From Nymphaea colorata (taxonomy: Eukaryota), in contig NC_045138.2 in the NCBI RefSeq assembly GCF_008831285.2, positions 20,894,001-20,958,000 of the forward strand: 64,000 nucleotides of DNA, written 5' to 3'. Below the pieces are notes generated by a model that had not been told where the DNA came from, made no database searches, and saw nothing but the letters and a program-made list of their open reading frames with translations. Position 1 is the first letter of the stretch; each line of letters begins with the position of its first letter. Shown here in pieces: positions 55,435-64,000 of this stretch. The position numbers were made by a program, and so were the translations under genes.

Positions 55435-55599
55435 GCCTCAAGAGGCATAGGCAACTGGGTAGCAAGGTGACACAAACTCAAAGGATTTGAGGTTCGAATC
55501 CTGTGGTCACTTTCACACTCCAGTGTGTTATGCTTCTGGACGGTATCAAGTGTGATGCCCAAGTTAGCAGATGTACCATTCATTTAAGCCCCAAAAAAA
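55435..55599 (+). mobile_element. tRNA-derived SINE
   Basis: A-box-like TAGGCAACTGG (55448-55458), perfect B box GGTTCGAATCC (55491-55501), ~90-bp body and A tail (55593-55599). It does not fold into a tRNA cloverleaf. Confidence 0.6.
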
Positions 55600-56309
55600 G
55601 TCTGAATCTTAGAATTATAAGGTTATGGCCTTGGGCTTTCATGCTGAAATCAGTTTTCTCTAAGTAAACATTAAAACAATCAGTTAATAAATCATTATTA
55701 TATAAAATTCAGTTACGGTAAAATATCAATTACTATATATAATATTCTATGAGCAACATACATGTTAAATTTACCGTATTGTTTAACACACATTTAATTT
55801 CACTAAGCCTTAAACGAATAAATCAGTTTCCTGTCGTGCTCCAACTAAATAAATCAACACATGTTAAAGTATGAATTGTTGCTTATAATAAGGCAAGCAA
55901 CATTTATTATTCAATATGTCATTGTACATTTTCATTTCAAAACATGCTCAATTTATAAGTGGTTGCAACAATATGTCGATTTTATCATAGATAAATTTAG
56001 TTCAAAAATTGATTACACTGATAAGGTAACTAATGCTGTTTCTACATAATGAGCAAAACACTGCAACACCTTAAATTAATTGCTTTCCCTCTTTCATCTC
56101 TCTCTCCATCTATGACCTCACTCATCTTTCTTTTTGTCTTTCACTCCATTCCCTTCCATCTAGAACAGAAGCTTTGAGTTCCCCAACGTAAAAATGCACC
56201 ACATTTTATGCTCTCAAATAATTTCTTTAGAAACAATTAAAATTTTGTACCATATGCTTAATTTGGATTCCCTATTACTCACATTTTTGTAGTAGTCACA
56301 TACTTTAGA

Positions 56310-56622
56310 CCATAGTCACGCAAAACACATTTTAAAAAAAAGCGAAAAAATACGATAAATTAACTATCATTTAAAACTTTAAAAATGCGTTTTTTTTAAA
56401 ACAAACGTGTTATCAGTTTTTTTAATGTGAAACATTTTTTTTCATTTTTTATTTGTTGCAAATCTATTTATCTTTTGATGTTCATGTTATCAGTTTCTCA
56501 CTTATTTTATTTTTTCCCCATTTTTAGTTTTTAATTTTTTTAAAAAATTTACCGTATTTTTGTCGTTTTTTCAAATTCGTCGTATTATACCCGAGAAAAA
56601 CCTCGTTGTTATTTGTGACTAT
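56310..56622. mobile_element. AT-rich MITE with CATAGTCAC...GTGACTATG termini
   Basis: Short TIRs. The internal sequence is shared with ~13558-13830, ~15318-15670 and (inverted) ~59490-59790. Confidence 0.55.
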
Positions 56623-58866
56623 GCAGTTTAGACAAAGTTTTATTTAAACTAAATTTTGTTTTTGTACAAAGCCTAAACTGAGAAATTTGGTTTCCTCCTC
56701 ATACATGAAGATTTGAGGTCAAAACCTCCCCCCCTCCTGACCTCATAGCGAAGGTTTTAGCTACATATTGAGAATCTCAAATCCTCATTTTTAAGCAGTT
56801 TTGGAAGCAAATTTTTTGTTTACTCAATGGAAGGATTTCGGATCAGCCTCGAACATGGGATCCGAGGCTGTCAAACACGCCCTAAGTCTTTCACCCAGCC
56901 CTCGTTATGTGGTTGATTGCATTGGTGCCCACAAATGCATGCACCAACTTAATGTCTTTGCATGGATTACTCCATGCATGTCAAAAGGTGGTAAATAGCT
57001 GACAATGTATATTGACTACTAATGCCTTTATTTATCCTTGTCTTTAGTTTAGACCATTACATATTTTGGTAGTTGTTCAACTGTGCTAACCATACTCGCG
57101 AATAATGTCTCGTATGTTATGCATGTACACGGTATTAATAGCTTTGGCTCGCGTTGGTATTGGCTGGGCTAGTTCAAGTGTCAAGACTATTGTACTGGAA
57201 CTTCTCTAGCTCTCACTCTTGTACCCTTTCCTTTAGGGGTAGAGCCAGATTTTTTTTTTTTTGTCGCAGGAACGAAACTATAGTTTCAAAATTTTAACAG
57301 GGGTCGAAATAAAAATTTTCAAAATTTTTATATATATTAAACTAAATTTTTTTTATTCAAGTCAGATTATGAATGCAAGTTGATTCTTAGAATGACCTAA
57401 ATACTTAGGTAGGTTTTTAATTTAGATCTATTAAAAATTTAAACATATTGAAATCGACTTTCACTGTGTCCATGAATTGGTTACTCAAACAAAACCAATT
57501 GCCAAGCCTGTCACTGGGATCAATTTCAACATCTTTGGGCCAAACCCAGTCTCCTACAGCTCTAGGGTTTAAGGGAGTATGTATGCAAGACTCATCATGA
57601 GTGACATAAAAACTAAAATGGATATTTTTTTAAAATTTTCAATAATAATTTTTTTTGTTAGCTTCCCTTTAAACGTACATGTCATACAAGAACGCATCCG
57701 TCCAAGGACCAAGAAACTTAGTGGACCCATTTCCAAGAAAAGGGAAACCAAATGAGCCTCGACTTCATAGAACAAGTGGTGCGTGTGTTCAAAATGGACA
57801 GGACCGATCGAACATAAATATATATTCCTTCATAGTTATAAAAGATGAGATGCCTAAAAGGGGACAAAAAGTGCCAGAATATAATGTTGGTGGCAACAAA
57901 AAGCTAGCTTTCATTTTCTTTTTCTTCAAAGGGATAGATGGAACAACTTTGTTGCATGTGAGGTGCCGTCCATCTAATATAACAACTAATAAATGTCTCT
58001 TGCATGTGAAATGCCTTCGACTACCTTAGTACATATTTTTCATTGAATCACTCTTACGACCAGGTTTATAAAGTTAGATTGCAAACAGTGCACTTCATGA
58101 CAAAGAGGGCTGGCTCGTTGGGCTCTCCCTGTCCTTGGCATTTACGGGTTCACTACGTACTTTCACTTTCAATCAAGCAAAAAAACTATAGTTGGTAAGC
58201 TCCTAACTCTCCGACTTGGATATTACTCAGTGAGTTGACTTGTTGGCTCAGTCGAGTTTTAAGACAACTTGAATCGGATGAGTTAGGACGAGACAGGGTT
58301 GAATCAAGGGTGAGTCAAGTCGAGTCAGAGGCGGGCTGGATCAACCTTAACTTGTGGCCAGGTTTTCTAGCGGCCCGACCTGACTCGAGCGATTCCAAAA
58401 CCAACTCAGTGAGTCAGCCAACTATAAATCAGTGTCACTGAAATCAGTCTGTGGACCCAATGTCTCTTAATTGGAGTTGAGAGCATGTTTGAAAAAGGAA
58501 CTTAGAATGTTTGGAGTTGGGCCACGAGGGCTTTTTTGTTCCTACTGGGGCTATTTTTCAAAGATTGTCATTCACTGGTAAGGGAGAAGAGGGGAGCATG
58601 GTTTAGATTTTGGACCCAATCGGGCACAATAGTGGATCCATGTGATCGGTTTGGATTTCAATAGTCTAACTATTAAAAAGTCCCATCCACTCCAATTCAG
58701 ATTTTGGATCCATATGTAAGGCATTTTCAATATAGAAAGAGAATCTTTTGTTAAAAACTGATGCAGAAGTGATGAGAATTCTTCATAGAATCAACGCACG
58801 TCTGCGTTATAAAAAGAAATTCTTAGTGAACTTTCACGAAAAAGGTTTCACGTGATTCAGGGTTGA

Positions 58867-58908
<42 letters not shown>

Positions 58909-61900
58909 GGGGTTGAGGTAAGGTATTAACTCCACAAAATTTATCATGTTGCATTCCGAAAAATCAAATGTTGATATTAATTTCTTCAAAACTTTGAGCA
59001 CTCAAATGTAATGCAAACATCTAGAACTTATATAATTTCGAACCTAATTTATTGGTCTTTAAATATAACTTTGAAAGGATCAAACATTCAAAGACAAAGT
59101 TTCAGAAATTATGCAAGTTATAAAGTAGTATCTATAACTGATTTCAGCATGGAATTGGGGATTGTCGATAATGCATATCTCATGCAATGGCATCCGAAAT
59201 TTTTAGAACTTAATTTTAGATAAATAATTATTCAAGAACTTGCAATTGCGTGATCCTGTTCCAAAATTGTTATTATTATTATTTTATCATTTTTTATCAT
59301 CTCCCAGGTTCTAAAAACACGTTGCAAATGGAGAGACTGCGAATCTCGTAGACTGTAGAGGAAAATTTTCTGGAGGATCCACACAACAAGTCACCCATGT
59401 AGCACAAAACATTGATACTATGAGACTTTGAAACAAAGATTGACTGCTTACATGCCACTGTTTGTTGTGCCAACTATAGTCGGAGTTTTAAACAGCAAGG
59501 TTTTTTTCAACTATAATACTGTGATCTTGAAAAAAAGGATATATTTTTAAAAATTTAAAAGAACTAAAAATAGAAAAAAATAAAATAAGTAAGAATCTAA
59601 TAACACAAAATCAAAATATAAGTACATTTGAAACAAATAAAAAATGACAAAAAAACTGTTTGACATTAAAAAACTAAAAAAAATATAAAAAAACTGTTTG
59701 ACATTAAAAAAAACATGAAAAACGCATTAAAAATGCGTTTTTTGGTTTTTAACATTAAAAAAAACACGTTTTTTTTGTAGTTTTAAACAGTTTTTTTGTA
59801 GATTTAAAAATGTAAATAAATAAAATGAGAAGACTTATAACTAGCAAGGAATAGACCATAATGGTTTTAATTTTAAAAGCAACAAAAATGTGCTTTCTCT
59901 TTGGAGAGTGATAAAGTAAGGATGTGTTTTGGGTCATACACCACATAAATGTTCATGGGCTTTTGGACCTTCCATCAGTCATACAGGGTGATGTGATTGA
60001 ATGGACTCCAGAATATGCTTGGATTGCCCTCGGAATGTTCAAGTGTAGTTGGCCAACTCTTAAATCTTGACTCGGCAACTCATTTACATTAGGTCATAAA
60101 TCTTATAGTATATTTTTACTGGAAATTGACGAACAAGGAACATATTTATAAAATAACCGGTAAAATTGAATTCATATACAAAATAACAAGTAAACATAAA
60201 GTAAATTGAATTAAATAACTTCAGTTTTATGGACACAAATGCATAGCTACAAAATAAGAACTAATAAACGTCGAGCACTAGATTAGTTTAATTTGGAAAA
60301 AACAACTGCCATTAAATTCCTAGAGATATTAATAATGGTGAGAATTGGTGCTGAATAAAACAGTCTAAATTCAAGTAATCTCCATCGATTTGATTTCATA
60401 ATGAGATTATTAAGAGTCGTTTGGCAACGATAGCACATTGTTACTGTTCTCAAAAAAATGAAGCCGATGCATATAACATGAATTGCACTCATAAAATACT
60501 TGGTAAGTGTTGTGTGAGTCCACTTAATTTTTTGAGGCAGGTTCATGAGACGAGGAAGAGAGCCAAGGTAGGGCCCGCATGGGTCTTTTCCCACGTAAAA
60601 AAAAATTACATGTAAATTTTAGAAAATTTCACTTGTTCTATATAAAAATTTTAAAAAATAATATTTCGGCCCTAATCAAAATTCAAAAACTTTAATTAGG
60701 GTCAATACTTGATTCGTAACCTAATTTATTATTAACGACTTTAACTGGCCGATTTTGTCAACTACGTTAAGATCTTCCTTGAATGTTAGGTAGCGATCCA
60801 TCTCATTTTTCATGAGCACCAACGATGACCATTGATCGCGGCAAAAAATGGTCATATGCCAGGCCAAGATTTTAAAGCCTTTTATTATTGTCACTTAGCT
60901 TGCTGCCAAATTGATCGTTTGGTATGTGACTTAGAATATATTTTAAAAGATGTCATTTTAGATGTCGAACTCTTGACCTTATTCAAGTAAAATATCCTTT
61001 TTAAAGCTTAAATTCAGCTTTGACGCATGCATTATTCAATTATTAAAGCCCTAATTTTAAATAGTGTGATTTTGCCGTCACTTTAATCATTCAATGAGCA
61101 GATAGAGACAACAAGCAATTAAATTCATAATAATTTTAATATTTTAGCCAAATTCGCCAGGGCCCAGGTTTGTCTCCTACATGATAGGAAAACAATTTTT
61201 TACGATTTCTGTGAAATTATTACACTTTATTTACGGTTTGAATATTATTTTTTTTCTTTTTGAAAAAAAGAAGGGACACAAACCGAATTCAATTCAGAAA
61301 AACATGCATCTACGAGATAGCAAAAGTATCATTATATATATACACTTTATTCTTTGGTGCCAAATTGATTCTTCGGTGTATTATTTAGAAGATAATCTGA
61401 AAGATGTTAAATATATATATTGATCGATCTCTTAACCTTCTTTAGCAAAACTATCTTTTTATTAAGCTTCATTAACGCTTTGGCGCATGTATTACTCCAT
61501 CATCCACGCCCTAATCTCGCGCCTAGACACCTTGAATCTGCCACCGCTTTCATCATTTAATACGTAGATAGAGACAACGTACACGTCATGGGGGTATTAA
61601 ATTCATAATCATTTTGATATATAAGCAAATTCGCGACTAACGCACCAACCATGATCTTTTCTTGATTTGCATTAATAAAGAGTGTAGACTTGAGTATGAT
61701 TTAAAATATTTTATGTTGTTATTGTCAAATGTTAACCATGGCAAGCTTCAAAAGTTTTTTTATTTTATTATTTAAATGCATTAAAGTGTATATATATATA
61801 TATATATATATATAAAGAGAGAGAGAAAGTTGGAGGAATATTTATTTTACTGTACTAATAAGAGTTAAAGTAATCTTTCTTTCTTAAGTTTAGGACTGCA

Positions 61901-63172
61901 TTAATGCCTGGTGTGATATATAATCGCCATACATATTCAATAATCATCGTAGACAACATTCGCACATATTCATTTATTTTGCAATTCTACCAATTGAGTA
62001 GAATTGCACAAGCGAAATAGTTTAGGGGTGAGGACCGCTGTTTGAGCACGAGTCTCCTTCAAAGCCATCGTTGTAGTGCACTTATTTCAATAGAACATAA
62101 CAAATAGTAGGCAACAAAAAAATGTTTTCCATGCCTTCATAAATATCTTGGGCATTTTCCAAAGACTGGTTTGGATATTTTTTATTTTATTTTGACATGA
62201 TGTTCAAAATCGGCTCTTGAATCAAATCGGCAAAACTGAATCGAATCACTCTTCCATTGAATTGGATTCAAATCCATTCACACACAATTCCTCAAAATTC
62301 ATAAGAAAAATTGGTACTTCTTTAGCAACCCAATTTACATTGGGTATGAACCCATGGTTCGCGGTTCAACCCTGGCCCGATCCGATTGAAATAAAATTTA
62401 TACATAAGATATATAAATATAAATAACTAAAATATAATATAATAAAATCAAAATTTTATATATATTATTGATTGGCTGAGTTGGGCTGCTTATTGCCAGC
62501 TGAGCCCCAAATTCTTTGGAAGGATTCCAAAGGTTAATTTTGTGGCCTGGGCTCCCGATCCATTTACATCTCCACATCAATGGATTTGGATTTACCAGAT
62601 CCAAGTCGAACGGTAGATTGTGATTTGTGAGGGAGGCATTTCGGACCCACTGCACGGATAGCCACCGACACCTGCTCTGTTCCCAGACCCGTTTATCGCG
62701 GCTCCGGCGAATCCATTACCACAGAGAGGGCGGAGAGCGAGAGAGAGCGAGAGACGCGTCCGTCGGAGAAGGCTTCGGGTCGCATGACATCCGTACCGAT
62801 CAGACACTCCGGTCAATCTCCGTCGTCCACTTCTCGTCCTGTCCCCGTCCGCCTTCTTCCGTCACCGTCCGAGGTCCTCCGTCCTCCCCTTCTCTCCCCT
62901 CTGTTCTGCCGCTGCAGCCGCTGACTCCGAGAGGGGACACAGAGAGGCGGAGAGTGAGAGAGAGGAGTTTGACGTTGACAGGAAGAGCATGTAAGGGGTG
63001 GTGCCTGAGACAACTGCTTTCTGATTGTTGCTCTCTCCTTGGGAATTCTGGCAATGCCGCTCGTTTCTTGGCCGCCAGATCCGCGGGCGATTTGAAGCTC
63101 CTGCCCCTTGTATGGACGTGGACGTCCCGGGATTGACTTTCTCAATCTCAGACGGCGGCTTCTCATAGAAGC

Positions 63173-63574
63173 ATGTACGCTTACAGCAGGTTAGGGGGCG
63201 GAGCTGCTGCAGCCGCGGCCGCTGCCGCGGCAACCGGGGGCGGGAAACCGACGTCGCCGCGCCGGTCTCCTAGGGCGAAGTACGGGAGGAGCAAATTTGC
63301 TGGTCGGAACTCGGGGTTTGAGTCGCCGGCAAAGCTGCAAAGGGTGGCGGAGCGGCTGGCCTACTTGCTTCTTTCCTTGGTGTTTAGGAGGCACGGAGTG
63401 CTGCTCTTTGCCCCCCTTATCTATCTCTCCGGGATGCTGCTGTACATGGGCACGCTGCCGATCGAGATCCCCCGCGTCGTCCACCGGCCGCCTCCCGGGT
63501 CGACCTACCGGAGCCCCCAGGTCTTCGAGAAGCTCTGGCCTCATATGCAGGCCGACCGTTCCCAGATGAACGCC
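63173..63574 (+). CDS. ESMD1: O-fucosyltransferase family (GT106/DUF246) protein, ESMERALDA1-like; first coding exon, gene continues beyond the window
   Basis: MYAYSRL...SPRRSPR...RLAYLLLSLVFRRHGVLLFAPLIYLSGMLLYMG...PPGSTYRSPQVFEKLWPHMQAD matches the recalled N-terminus and TM anchor of ESMD1-type proteins. GT donor at 63575 (phase 0). Confidence 0.82.
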
Positions 63575-64000
63575 GTCAGTTTCATCTTTCTCTTCTCTCT
63601 TGCCTTAATCTTTTCTTTCTTTCTTTCCTTTTTCATAATTTAGTTTTGTGACTGGATAGTGCAAATTTCATTTTTCCGAGTATCGACATGATTTGTTTAT
63701 TTTTCATTTTCTTGTTTTTCTTTGCTCGAATTTGCCTCTCCTCCTTATTCATAATATAATAATATATAGCAATCCATGGGGGTGTCCGTGTGCATGTGTG
63801 GAAAACCTGGTCTTATACTTTTATATTTGGGTAACTTGGCATTCATGCTGTATTCGTATTCCAGATGTGTTTTCCTGTTGCTTATCCTTAGGAATGATCA
63901 GTACCATTTATCGTGCACATATTATCACTGTTTGTGGTAGGTACTGTGGATTATCCAACTTTGGGTAGCCTCATTAAGTTCTCTATGGCCGTTAATTTTT

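Noticed and set aside
55440..55510. tRNA gene
   Set aside because: The B box is present but acceptor and anticodon stems are missing; a body and A tail follow, so it is a SINE.
62627..63233. Overlapping long ORFs upstream of the O-fucosyltransferase
   Set aside because: Expected by chance in a GC-rich promoter/5' UTR with few stop codons.

Overview
Eukaryotic plant (angiosperm) nuclear DNA: AT-rich, spliceosomal introns, many (AT)n microsatellites and MITEs, no prokaryotic features. From left to right: (1) a hairpin-rich minus-strand region with two diverged copies of a candidate box H/ACA snoRNA, just downstream of (2) an intronless RPL27 (eL27) gene with a telo-box/site-II promoter; (3) a candidate MIR-like hairpin; (4) a chimeric relic made of an SDR exon-3 fragment, a TRIM-like retroelement whose LTR has 74-bp terminal inverted repeats, and an EIN3/EIL pseudogene fragment; (5) a tandem array of TIC32-like short-chain dehydrogenases (two intact 8-exon genes and two decayed partial copies); (6) three tRNA-derived SINEs, one with its head triplicated; (7) a degenerate Ty1/Copia element with LTRs, PBS, PPT and TSD, carrying a nested ~3.65-kb LTR-like insert with ~177-bp tandem repeats; (8) a LINE zf-RVT remnant; (9) a stearoyl-ACP desaturase gene with a single-base frameshift; (10) the first coding exon of an ESMERALDA1-like O-fucosyltransferase, preceded by uORFs including a minimal AUG-stop. 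Exon boundaries were read by eye and family calls come from recalled protein/RNA motifs; no database searches were run.
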